Shown here one piece after another: positions 52,931 to 63,860 of a stretch of DNA of 64,000 bases. The first letter of the stretch is position 1; every line of letters begins with the position of its first letter. The notes below the pieces were generated by a model. That model saw only the letters and a program-made list of their open reading frames with translations. It was not told where the DNA came from and did no database searches. Both the position numbers and the translations under genes were made by a program. Source of the DNA: Gemmatimonadota bacterium (GTDB taxonomy: Bacteria; Gemmatimonadota; Gemmatimonadetes; Palauibacterales; Palauibacteraceae). Where the stretch lies: assembly GCA_965116475.1 (NCBI GenBank), contig OZ220691.1, positions 96,001-160,000 on the forward strand. The letters run 5' to 3'.

Positions 52931-54798
52931 TCAACGTGTGCGCACGACGACGATGCGCGCCTCCGCGCCGTTGGGAACGTTGCCGCCGGAGGCGACGGTC
53001 GTCTCGACGATCATCGCGGGGTGGGCCCCCGCCGCGCGCAGGAGGTAGTAGCGGGCCGTCGTGGAGCCGAGATCGAACTCGTCGGTCGACGATACGCCGG
53101 CACCCATCTGGATGATCCGGCGCCGCAGCGGATCGACCCGCGCAATCCCCTGACCCCGGCATTTTGCAGTTCCTCCCACAGCCGCGGCCAGTTCCATGTC
53201 GAGAGCTGGACCCCGCCCGGGAGCGCCGCGTTTGCATCATCCGCGGCCGGAACCGCGAAGTACTCGGCCAGGATGTCGCCCCAGGTCGTCGTCTCGCCCC
53301 CGACGACCTCCGCGGCGCGGAGAAAGTTCTCGTATCCGAACAGGAAGTCGGGGCCTCCCGCCGCAAGTTCGCGGTAGAGGGCCGCCTCGCCCGACCCCGC
53401 CACGATCCCGGCCGGTCCGGCCGGTCCGTAGCGGTCGCCGAACCAGCGCACGAAGAGATATCCCCAGCCGCGCGTCGCGAAGTCGAGCGTGCTGTTGTCC
53501 AGCGCCAGCGGGTTGAAATCGGTGGGTGCGGACAGATAGGCGTGGGCATTCTCCAGATTCCCCTCGAAGAAGTCCCGGAACGCGACAAGATCGGGATCGC
53601 CCGCGATGATCTCCGTGTACCCATAGTTCCGCCGCACTCCCAGCCCCTGCCGATAGAATCCTGTGACTTCCTCTGCGACGTGCGAGAGGCCTTCGTTGAC
53701 CCAGAGGTCGGCGTTCCCCCACGTGTCCCGGCCGCGTTGTCCGCCCAGGCGCTGCGAGGCGTTGAGGAGGTGCTGGTATTCGTGCGCGACCAGACTGCGG
53801 GCGACGCGCTTCACGAAGTCCGCACTGATCTCGATACCGAACTCGGCATCCGGGTCCGGACCGATGAGCCAGACGATTTCCGCCTCGTTGCTCGCCGGAC
53901 AGTCCTCGCGGTCGAAGAGGTTCCCGATCCAGTGGAAGCCGATAACGACGCGCCCGCTCTCTGGCTCGCTGATACGGTTCACCTCGCCCGTGAAGAAGAC
54001 GATCACGCGCTGGTTGCCGTCCAGATCGTCCGGCTCGCCGAAATACTCGTGGCTCACCGGGGCAATGAATTCATCGAGTTCCCGGTCGAGGCCGGCATAG
54101 TCCTCTTCCGTGAAGCGGCCGGCCAGTCGATTGTCCTCGACGATGATGAAGTGCTCGCCCACCGTCCGCACCGTCGACGCGATCGGCGTGTTGGCGGTGC
54201 ACTGGACACCTCCTCCGGGCACGACGGCGGATTTGATGGTGAGCGGGTCGCCCACCCGCGGCACGTCGGAGGCGGCCGCCGCGAGCCCCCGCGAGGCTCG
54301 ATCGATTCTCCCGGCGGGGCGGGCGCGGAGGCGGCGCAACTCGAGTTCCGTCGCGATCATCTGCCGCAGGTGCCAGTCCCTGTCGGGGCGCGGGTCGCCG
54401 GAGAGGCCGCCAAGGCCGCGAGGCGGCTGGATCACGCCATCCCTGCCGGTGCGACTCGTCCGCACGTTGGGGACGAGGCTCGGGCTCACGTCCTCCGCCC
54501 GGGCTCTGACGCGCAGGGGGGTCGTACGTCCCTCCGTGAGCGACGCGCTCATCACGATGACCTGATACTCGCGCCGCTCCGACGCCCCTTGAATCTCAAA
54601 CGCCCGGATCGCGTCGCGTTCGGTGAGTACGCGGACCTCCCCCGGCCGCAAGTTGAGCGTGGCGCCGATCGCCGGACCGGGAGGCGGGGGCGGCGGACCG
54701 GGAGGCGGGGGCGATGTGGGTCCCCCGTCGCCGCCGCAGGCCCCGACCGCCGCCACCGAGACCATGGCGAGGAGGAGTCCCCGTGCGGAGCGGAGCAT
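52931..54798 (-). pseudogene. Lipoprotein Zn-metallopeptidase paralog 3, 1-nt frameshift near 53133
   Basis: AVGAC lipobox, HEYQH...NEGLSH. The C-terminal domain homologous to paralogs 1 and 2 (PLRRR...STTARYY...RIVVVRTR) is in a different frame (ORF 52931..53197). May be a sequencing error. Confidence 0.75.
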
Positions 54799-56732
54799 CA
54801 GCGCGTCCTCAGCACGGTGACCTGCGCCTGCGCCCGTCCGGGGAGGTTCGCGCCGGCCGGGTCCATGACCTCCACGACCAGGCCGGGCGTCGCGCCCGAA
54901 CTCACGAGCGAGAAGTAGCGCCCCGTGGAGGAGTTCACGGTGAACTCGGTCGAGCTGTTCGTCGACACATGCACGTTCACCCTCGAGGGCGTGAGCGGGA
55001 ACGCGCGCGTGAACGGGCAGCGGTCTCCAAGATTGGAATCGCTCAACTGTCGGAACAGCGCCGCGAGATTCCAGGTCTTCCACTGCGTCCGGGGATCCGC
55101 GTCGGCGGACACGCGGTCGTCCGCGATGAGGGAGGTGAAGTACAGCGAGAGCAGTGCCTCCCATTCCATCTCCACTCCGGCGACGGTCCGGAGCGTGCGC
55201 TCCACGTTGGTGACGCCCTTGAAGTGCGCGGGCCCGCCCGAAGCCAGGTGCCGGAACAGTTCCTCCTCCCGGCTCCCGGGCAGCGCTCCCCCGCTGCCGG
55301 ACGCCCCGAACTGGTCGCCGAGCCAGCGCACGAACCCGTACGCGAAGCCACGGAATGAGAGGGACTCCACGCCGCCCGGATCCTCGCCGGACGCGTCGCC
55401 GAGCGCCGGGGCCGCCGCGGGACCGTTGGGATCCGGCGGACAGCCGCCCCGCAGGAAGCGGCCGAGGCGAATCTGGTTCAGGACGTGAAAGTGATTGTAG
55501 GCGGCGAGCTGTTCGTCGCTGGTCGTGATCATGTCGAGATCGAGGTTGGCCCTCGTCCCGAGCCCCGCGGCCCGGAGGCCGGCGATCTCCTCGGCAAGGT
55601 GCGCCATCCCCTCATCGAGCCACGCGACCTCCCGATCGCCGAAGATGTTCCCGCCCCCGAGCGTGACGCGCTGCTGGGTGTTGAGCAGGTGGGCGAACTC
55701 GTGCGCGACCGTCGACCGCGCGAGCCTGTTCCCGAAGTCACGGTCGATTTCTGCGCCGAAATCCTCGTCGGGATCCAGGCCCACGAGATAGAAGATCTCT
55801 CCTTCGTTGGAGGCCTCGCAACTCGATCTTGTCGTGAGATCGCGCGCCAGGAAGAAACCGGCCACGACGCTCTCCTCGCCGGCCGGCGTGAGCTTGTTCA
55901 CTTCGGCCGTGATGAGAGCGAACACGGTCCCGTTGTTGTCGATGTCCGCGGGTTCGCCGAAGTAGGCGACGTCCATCGGATACACGACTTCGTCGAGTTG
56001 CCGGCCGAGCGCCTCGAACTCGGCCTCCGAGAACCGTTCGTCGTCGGGCTGGCTGTGGAACTGGAGGTCTTCCACGATGGTGAAGTGCTCTCCCGCGTAC
56101 CTGACTTCGCCCATGACGGTCGTCGGGTTGCGGCAGTTCACGACCAGGTTCGCGCCCACGCCGACTCTGAAGGAGAGGGTGTCTCCGAGGTCCGGCGGCC
56201 GCAGGGCATCGGCCAGGTCCAGCCGATCGAGCCCTGGCGTTCGAGACCGTATGGGCTGCGCGCCGACCGCGGCGAGTTCCTGCAGATCCCGCTCCCGAAG
56301 GACGCGTTCGCGGGTGAACCAGGACTCCCGGCGACGAAGGTCGCGGCTCAGTACTCCTCCCGGAGCGAGACGGGGGGGCTGGGACGGGGTCACGTGCCCG
56401 GAGGCGCGCTCGGCGCGGACCCGTATGCAGCCGTCCACGCTCTGGCCGGGCGCCTGGGAAGCGTTCTGCACGATGACCTCGTAGTCGCGGGGGCCCTCCG
56501 AACCCGCCAGCCTGAAGGCGCGCACATCGCCGGCGTTGTCCAGCGTGACGTGCTGGCCGAGGGTCAGGTCGAGCGTGACGGACACGGACGGCGTGGCCGT
56601 CCCCCCGCACCCCGTGGCGAGCGGCGGAGGCGGCGGATCCGTTGGGCCGCCGCCGCAGGCCGCGAGGGCGAGACCGGAGATCGCGACGCCCGGACGCGGC
56701 AGCCTGCCGCACCACTTCAGCGCGCTCAGCAT
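54798..56732 (-). CDS. Lipoprotein Zn-metallopeptidase (gluzincin, M30-like) paralog 2
   Basis: LAAC lipobox, FGEPADIDNNG, CEASNEGEI, VAHEFAH...WLDEGMAHLAEE; ends VTVLRTR. Start estimated. Confidence 0.75.
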   Translation of the reverse strand: MLSALKWCGRLPRPGVAISGLALAACGGGPTDPPPPPLATGCGGTATPSVSVTLDLTLGQHVTLDNAGDVRAFRLAGSEGPRDYEVIVQNASQAPGQSVDGCIRVRAERASGHVTPSQPPRLAPGGVLSRDLRRRESWFTRERVLRERDLQELAAVGAQPIRSRTPGLDRLDLADALRPPDLGDTLSFRVGVGANLVVNCRNPTTVMGEVRYAGEHFTIVEDLQFHSQPDDERFSEAEFEALGRQLDEVVYPMDVAYFGEPADIDNNGTVFALITAEVNKLTPAGEESVVAGFFLARDLTTRSSCEASNEGEIFYLVGLDPDEDFGAEIDRDFGNRLARSTVAHEFAHLLNTQQRVTLGGGNIFGDREVAWLDEGMAHLAEEIAGLRAAGLGTRANLDLDMITTSDEQLAAYNHFHVLNQIRLGRFLRGGCPPDPNGPAAAPALGDASGEDPGGVESLSFRGFAYGFVRWLGDQFGASGSGGALPGSREEELFRHLASGGPAHFKGVTNVERTLRTVAGVEMEWEALLSLYFTSLIADDRVSADADPRTQWKTWNLAALFRQLSDSNLGDRCPFTRAFPLTPSRVNVHVSTNSSTEFTVNSSTGRYFSLVSSGATPGLVVEVMDPAGANLPGRAQAQVTVLRTR

Positions 56733-56909
56733 GCGTGTCTCACAGTCGATCTCCCTGGCACGATCCATGCGACCGCCGGCTTTCCCGGCACGCCGCCGCG
56801 AGCGCCCCGCTGCGTTCGAGGAGCGCCTTCCGGCGGCCAAGATACCCGCCCTTCACGATCCGTGCCCGGGGAGGCGGGCACCCCCCCCGCCTTTCCGGCC
56901 GCCGGGACA

Positions 56910-58805
56910 TCAACGAGTCCGGAGCACGACGATGCGGACGGCTTCGGAACGAGGGACGGGAAGCCCGGCCTGCGTCGTGAGCCTCAGACGGATCTCCGGA
57001 TGCGGCCCCTCGCTCGCGAGCCGAAAATAATATCCCGTCGAAGCGGCGAGTTCGAAGTCGATCCGGGCGTCCGTCCCGCCGGCGAGCGGAATGTCCATCG
57101 CCTCGAGCGGGAAGGCGCGCGTGAAGGGAGCCCGTCCGTCCAGTTCCCGGTGCAGGGCGGCGAACACGTCGCGGAGGTGGAAGGTCTCCACCTGCGTCGA
57201 GGCGGGAGCGCCGGGCACGTCGTCCGTGATCGGCGCGAGCGCCCACGCCGCGAGCAGGTCATCCCACGTGCCCGGCCCGCCGAGCGCCGCCGCGACCCGC
57301 TCGACGTTCTTAACGCCGCGCGCGCGGGCCTCCCCCCCTCCCGCGAGGTCGTGAAAGATGGCCTCCTCCGCGGCGCCGCCGAGCCGTCCGCCGCCCTCCG
57401 TCGCGTACTGGTCGGCGAGCCAGCGCAGGAAGAGCCACCCGAAGCCTCGCATCGCGAGCGAGGAGATGCCTGCGGGGTCCCGCGCATAGGCGTCGCCCAG
57501 GGCGGGGGTCCGGTGCGGGCCGAGCAGGTAGAACGCGGAGCGGCGGAAGTTCGGGAAGTGGTAGGTCTCGAAGTGGCTCGAGTGGGCGAAGAGTTCCGAG
57601 AAGCCGTAGTTGCGCCCGGGGCTCAGGGACGCCCCCGACATGCCGACGAACGTCTCCGCCGAATGCGCCAACGCCTCGCTCAGCCACGTTTCTTCGAGGG
57701 AGGCGAACGCGCCCCCGCCGAGCACGGTTCGGCGCTCGGCCGAAATGAGGTGCGCCAGCTCGTGCGCGGCCACGCCGATCGCGCCGGTCGTCGGGAAATC
57801 CGCGGGTACGCGCTTCGAGAACCGACCATCGGGGTCGGCCGCGAGGAGGTAGAGGATCTCGCCGCCGTTGGACGCCGGGCAGTGTTCGGGATCGGCCAGG
57901 TCGGCCGGATTGAAGAACCCGAGGATCCGGGTGTCGCTGTCGCGAGGCGTGGTGCGGTTCACGACGGGCGTGAACAGGACCCATACGACGCCGTTTCCGT
58001 CGATATCCGCCGGCTCGCCGAAATAGGTCGAGAGCACCGGGAAGACGGACCTCTCGAGCGATCCGAGGACGGCCTCGTAGCCCACGCCGGGCACGACGCC
58101 GGCCCCGTCGAGATCCTCCACGACCGCGAAGTTCGGGCCCACCGCGCGGACGACGGCGGTCACGTCGTGGATCCCATCGCAATCCACGTCGAGATTCGGA
58201 TGCACCGCGTTGCTGAAGGTCACCGTGTCGCCGGCGGAGGGGGGCGCCGGGGCGGCGGGCGCCGCGTTCGCGCGCACCATGCCCGGGTTCGGCGCCGCCG
58301 CGGGCGCCGTGCGGAGCGGACGTGCTCCCCGCACGGCGCGGCGGGCATTCGTCCGGAAGGTGAGTTCGGCCCGCGACGCCGCCTCGAGGCCGGATCTGTC
58401 GTCCGCGAAGCCAAACGCGTCGGCCGGCAGCGCCCGCGCCGGAGCGACGACCGGCGGGACCCGCGCGGCCGTCACTCGCCCCGCCTGCGCATCGAGCCTG
58501 AGAGCGGTCGTCGCCCCCGGCTGGCGCAGGGCGCTCTGCACGACGAGCAGATACCGCGCCGCGGCGTTGCCCGCCCCGATCTCCATGACCTGCACGCCCG
58601 CCGCCGGCAGCACGCACATCTCCCCGGCCGCGAGCGACAGCGTGACGCGGGTGGCGCCGCGCCCTGCGACGGCGGGACAGAGACCCTCGCCGGGGCCCGT
58701 CGCGTCCGCGCAGGCCAGCGGCGCCAGGACGGCGAGCCACGGCGCCGCGCGTGCGACTCGGGCGCGTGGCGCCGGAAGTCGGGAACGGGATCCGGGCAAA
58801 CGCAT
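56910..58805 (-). CDS. Lipoprotein Zn-metallopeptidase (gluzincin, M30-like) paralog 1
   Basis: PLAC lipobox, FGEPADIDGNG, CPASNGGEI, AAHELAH...WLSEALAHSAE; ends IVVLRTR. Confidence 0.75.
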   Translation of the reverse strand: MRLPGSRSRLPAPRARVARAAPWLAVLAPLACADATGPGEGLCPAVAGRGATRVTLSLAAGEMCVLPAAGVQVMEIGAGNAAARYLLVVQSALRQPGATTALRLDAQAGRVTAARVPPVVAPARALPADAFGFADDRSGLEAASRAELTFRTNARRAVRGARPLRTAPAAAPNPGMVRANAAPAAPAPPSAGDTVTFSNAVHPNLDVDCDGIHDVTAVVRAVGPNFAVVEDLDGAGVVPGVGYEAVLGSLERSVFPVLSTYFGEPADIDGNGVVWVLFTPVVNRTTPRDSDTRILGFFNPADLADPEHCPASNGGEILYLLAADPDGRFSKRVPADFPTTGAIGVAAHELAHLISAERRTVLGGGAFASLEETWLSEALAHSAETFVGMSGASLSPGRNYGFSELFAHSSHFETYHFPNFRRSAFYLLGPHRTPALGDAYARDPAGISSLAMRGFGWLFLRWLADQYATEGGGRLGGAAEEAIFHDLAGGGEARARGVKNVERVAAALGGPGTWDDLLAAWALAPITDDVPGAPASTQVETFHLRDVFAALHRELDGRAPFTRAFPLEAMDIPLAGGTDARIDFELAASTGYYFRLASEGPHPEIRLRLTTQAGLPVPRSEAVRIVVLRTR

Positions 58806-58837
58806 CGCACGACACTAACCGCGGGAGGCAGATGCGC

Positions 58838-58864
58838 GAAGGCCCGGCCGAAGCCGGGCCTTTC
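58838..58864 (-). terminator. Hairpin/terminator after groEL
   Basis: AAGGCCCGGC-TTCG-GCCGGGCCTT with a cUUCGg tetraloop on the minus strand. Confidence 0.7.
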
Positions 58865-58929
58865 GTGCAACGCCTGACGGCGGGGGGACGGTGCTTCGTC
58901 CCGACCATCCCCCGCGGTGGGCACCCGGC

Positions 58930-60591
<1,662 letters not shown>

Positions 60592-60644
60592 TCATTCGGG
60601 CGCATCAGTCAACGGGTTTGACCCGCCGTCTCCCGCTTCAGCGG

Positions 60645-60953
60645 CTAGAGGACGGCCAGAACGTCGCTTTCCTTCACGATCAGGTAGTCATCGCCATCCA
60701 GCGAAACCTCGGTCCCGGCGTACTTGCCGTAGAGCACCCGGTCTCCGGTCTTGACTTCCATCGGGATGCGGTCGCCGTCGTCGTTCATGCGGCCGGGGCC
60801 GACGGCGACGATGGTACCCTGCTGCGGCTTCTCCTTCGCGGTGTCCGGAATGTACAGACCCCCGCGCATCTCCTCGGTCTCCTCGAGCGGTGCGATGACG
60901 ACTCGGTCGGCCATGGGGGAGATGTTCAGTTTCGTGTTCGAGGCGGTTGCCAT
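60645..60953 (-). CDS. groS: Co-chaperonin GroES
   Basis: PMADRV, GGLYIPDTAKEKPQ, VAVGPG and KESDVLAVL. Confidence 0.97.
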   Translation of the reverse strand: MATASNTKLNISPMADRVVIAPLEETEEMRGGLYIPDTAKEKPQQGTIVAVGPGRMNDDGDRIPMEVKTGDRVLYGKYAGTEVSLDGDDYLIVKESDVLAVL

Positions 60954-61026
60954 CTTGCCTGTCCCTCCTTGGACCTTCGGTATTGGGTGATCCTTCCGAT
61001 GAAAGCCGCGAGGGACCCCGCGGCTG

Positions 61027-61053
61027 TTAGCACTCTGACACAGCGAGTGCTAA
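61027..61053. promoter_or_regulatory. CIRCE operator (HrcA binding site)
   Basis: Perfect TTAGCACTC-N9-GAGTGCTAA upstream of groES. Confidence 0.95.
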
Positions 61054-61062
61054 GGCGAGCCG

Positions 61063-61091
61063 AAGATATGCGGCTGCGCGGTTTCGATCAA
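61063..61091 (-). promoter_or_regulatory. Sigma70-type promoter of groES-groEL
   Basis: TTGATC-17nt-TATCTT immediately upstream of CIRCE. Confidence 0.6.
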
Positions 61092-61159
61092 GGGGGCGCG
61101 GGGGTTATGAAACCCGCCCTGTACACCTATCGTAGGAGCGGGCCAGAAAGGAGGTCGAC

Positions 61160-61378
61160 ATGTTTCGTGCAGCCGTAGTGCTTGTGGCCGCCGGCGCGGT
61201 GGGTCTGTGGGTGACGGGAATCCTCTTCTCCGTCGTCCTGCCCCTCGTGTGGCTGGTGGCAAAGGTCGCGATCTTCGTGGCGGTGTTCTACCTGGTCGTG
61301 CGGATGATCAATCCGGAGTTCGCGAACAAGATGAAGGAGAAGTGCTGCGGAAGCGCCGCCTTCTTCCGCGGGTCCTGA
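61160..61378 (+). CDS. Small two-TM membrane protein (72 aa)
   Basis: Strong AAAGGAGGT RBS, hydrophobic helices, C-terminal KEKCCG. Confidence 0.75.
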   Translation: MFRAAVVLVAAGAVGLWVTGILFSVVLPLVWLVAKVAIFVAVFYLVVRMINPEFANKMKEKCCGSAAFFRGS

Positions 61379-61394
61379 CGCAGGCGTCGCGCCG

Positions 61395-62174
61395 CTAGCC
61401 GTCGGTGGCGGCCGGCGCTCCGAACAGATACCGGTCCGCGATCGCGAGGCCGGTGATCGTGAGCGCCGGTTCGATGCGGTCGACGGTGCGGCAGTGCGGT
61501 CCCACGACCCGCGCGAGTCCGCCCGTCGCGACGACGAGCGGCTCGCGCTCCCATTCCTCTACGATCCGCCGCACGATGCCGTCGATCCCCTCCACCACCG
61601 AGTAGAAGCCGCCGCTTCGCAGGCAGTCCTTCGTATTGCGGCCGATGACCCGGGTCGGTTTCTCCACGTGGATCTGAGGTAGTTGCGCCGTCGCGCGCGC
61701 GAGCTGATCCGTGCCCGCCGTGGGCCCGGGCGCGATGACGCCGCCCACGAAGATGCCATCGGCCGTGATGCAGTCGAAGGTCGTCGCCGTGCCGAGATCC
61801 ACGACCACCGTGTCGCGGCGGTAGAGCTCCGCCGCGGCGAGCGTGTTCGCGATGCGGTCGGCGCCGACTTCGAGAGGGTGGTCGACATCCAGCCGGACCG
61901 GGATGGGAGAGCCGCCGTTGAGGAAGCACAGCGGGGCGTCGAGCGTCCTCCCCACCGCGAGCCAGACCCGGTGCAGGACCGGCACGACGGAGGCGACGAC
62001 GATCCGCTCCGGAGCCGGCAGTTCCCGTGCACCGAGGAGACCCCGGATCTGGAGTCCGATCTCGTCCGCCGTACGGCGGCGGTCCGTGGCGATCCGCCAC
62101 GTGTGCACGGGGGTGAGATCCTCGAACCACCCGAGGACGGATTCGGTGTTCCCGATGTCTACGGTGAGGAGCAT
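61395..62174 (-). CDS. coaX: Type III pantothenate kinase
   Basis: LTVDIGNT, VGADR, VDLGTATTFD and VATGG. Confidence 0.95.
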   Translation of the reverse strand: MLLTVDIGNTESVLGWFEDLTPVHTWRIATDRRRTADEIGLQIRGLLGARELPAPERIVVASVVPVLHRVWLAVGRTLDAPLCFLNGGSPIPVRLDVDHPLEVGADRIANTLAAAELYRRDTVVVDLGTATTFDCITADGIFVGGVIAPGPTAGTDQLARATAQLPQIHVEKPTRVIGRNTKDCLRSGGFYSVVEGIDGIVRRIVEEWEREPLVVATGGLARVVGPHCRTVDRIEPALTITGLAIADRYLFGAPAATDG

Positions 62175-62178
62175 GAGA

Positions 62179-62997
62179 TCAGCTTCCGCCAGGAACGATG
62201 GAGCCCGCGACGACGCGGCGCAGGGCGCCCCCGCGTGGCCGCAGCAGCAGGGCGCCGTCCGGAGCGATCCCGGCCGCGAGGCCGATGGCGGGCTCGCGGT
62301 CGGAGAGCCGGTGCTCGACCCAGCGGTTCTTCAACCAGTCGAGCCGGTCGAGTTCGTCGAGCGACGCCGCATCGAGTGAGGTCGGCGCACGGGGGAGCCG
62401 GCGCTCGAGTCCCGCCACGACCGCGTCCGCAACGTCGACGAGGCGCGCCGGGCCCGTGCAGTCGGCGAGGGCCACCGCTCCGTCCACGTCATTCGGAAGC
62501 CGGCCGGCCTCGACGTTGATGCCGACGCCGACGACGAGGAACACGCCTCCGTCATCGGTCCGGGCCGTCTCCGCCAGGATGCCGCCGAGCTTCCGCTCGC
62601 GCGCCATGAGGTCGTTGGGCCACTTCACGGCCAAGCCGAGGCCCGGGAAGCGCCGGTTCAGTTCGCGGGCGAGATCGACGCCGGCGACGACCGTGACCAG
62701 CGGCGGGACGGTGGCTTCACGCGGGTGAAACGCCATGCTGAGATAGACGCCGCCTCCCGCCGGCGATGCCCAGCTCCGGCCCGCCCTTCCCCGCCCGGCC
62801 GTCTGCTCGCGGCAAAGCACGATCGTGCCGGACGGCGCCCCGGTTTCCGCCAGCTCGCGGGCGAGATCGTTCGTCGAAGGGATGCGGTCGAAGGCGAAGA
62901 CCGACTCCCGGTCCCATCGCTCGCGCAGCGCGGCGACGGGCTCCCCGGCCCAGCCCTCCGCCTGTTCTGCAAGCATGGCCGCTCCGATGTCAGTCAT
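62179..62997 (-). CDS. birA: Biotin-[acetyl-CoA carboxylase] ligase (no HTH)
   Basis: STND, QTAGRGRAGRSW, KWPNDL, KLGGIL and GVGINV. Confidence 0.92.
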   Translation of the reverse strand: MTDIGAAMLAEQAEGWAGEPVAALRERWDRESVFAFDRIPSTNDLARELAETGAPSGTIVLCREQTAGRGRAGRSWASPAGGGVYLSMAFHPREATVPPLVTVVAGVDLARELNRRFPGLGLAVKWPNDLMARERKLGGILAETARTDDGGVFLVVGVGINVEAGRLPNDVDGAVALADCTGPARLVDVADAVVAGLERRLPRAPTSLDAASLDELDRLDWLKNRWVEHRLSDREPAIGLAAGIAPDGALLLRPRGGALRRVVAGSIVPGGS

Positions 62998-63070
62998 TCA
63001 ACAGGCATTCAACGATCATCCAACGATCATCCAACGATCAACCAACGATCAACCAACGGTCAGCCACGCA
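62994..63070. repeat. 11-bp tandem repeat (TCAWCCAACGA), about 6-7 degenerate copies
   Basis: tcattcaacag/gcattcaacga/tcatccaacga/tcatccaacga/tcaaccaacga/tcaaccaacgg/tcagccacgca; fills the whole uppP-birA spacer. Confidence 0.9.
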
Positions 63071-63860
63071 ACGCCGGCCAGATCGCGGCGGCGGCCAGGT
63101 ATCCTCCGCCGATGAGCCAGCAGTACCAGGCGAAGCGGTGGAATACGCGCCGTTCGAGCATCCGCAGGAAGATACGAATGGCGAAGACCCCTGACAGGGC
63201 CGACGCGGCGAAGGCGACCGCGAGGGGCAGCATCCCGACCGCGAGTCCGGCCGCGCCGAGATCCGGCGCCTGCAGCACGGCCGCCCCGCCGATCGCGGGG
63301 ATGGAGAGAAGAAAGGAGAACTCGGCCGCGCGGCGGGGTTCGACGCCGGCGGCGGTCGCCGCGGCCACGGTGCTCCCCGAGCGGGAAATGCCGGGCAGGA
63401 TGGCAAACGCCTGCGCCAGACCGATCGCCAGCGCGCCGGCGACCGTCGGCCGCGCGCGGGTGCCCCGGCGGGACAGGCGCCGGATCGACCAGACGATGGC
63501 GCCGGTGACGAGCAGCATCGCCGCCGCGAGCATGGGCCGCTCGAACGCGGGCTCCAGCGCGCCCCGCAGGCCGACTCCGACGGCGGCGGCGGGGAGCGAG
63601 GCCGCGGCCAGGAGCCCGACATCTCGGAGGCTCTCGCGATCCGCCGCGCACACACCCCGCACCAGCTCCGCGAGGCGTCCGCGATACACCCAGCACACGG
63701 CGCACAGCGTCGCGACGTGCGCGGTGACCTCGAACACGACGCCGGGAAGTGCGATTCCGAACAGCGCCTGCCCGAGCACGAGATGCCCGGAACTCGACAC
63801 GGGCAGGAACTCGGTGAGGCCCTGGACGACGCCGAGGACGAAGGCTTCGAACGGGTTCAC
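63060..63860 (-). CDS. uppP: Undecaprenyl-diphosphate phosphatase
   Basis: LGVVQGLTEFLPVSSSGHL, PGISRSGST and AAEFSFLLSIP. Confidence 0.95.
   Translation of the reverse strand: MNPFEAFVLGVVQGLTEFLPVSSSGHLVLGQALFGIALPGVVFEVTAHVATLCAVCWVYRGRLAELVRGVCAADRESLRDVGLLAAASLPAAAVGVGLRGALEPAFERPMLAAAMLLVTGAIVWSIRRLSRRGTRARPTVAGALAIGLAQAFAILPGISRSGSTVAAATAAGVEPRRAAEFSFLLSIPAIGGAAVLQAPDLGAAGLAVGMLPLAVAFAASALSGVFAIRIFLRMLERRVFHRFAWYCWLIGGGYLAAAAIWPALRG

Noticed and set aside
52931-53197. 88-aa ORF as an independent gene
   Set aside because: It is the out-of-frame C-terminal domain of metallopeptidase paralog 3.
62994-63070. Possible CRISPR array
   Set aside because: The 11-bp units are contiguous with no spacers, and there are no cas genes in the window.
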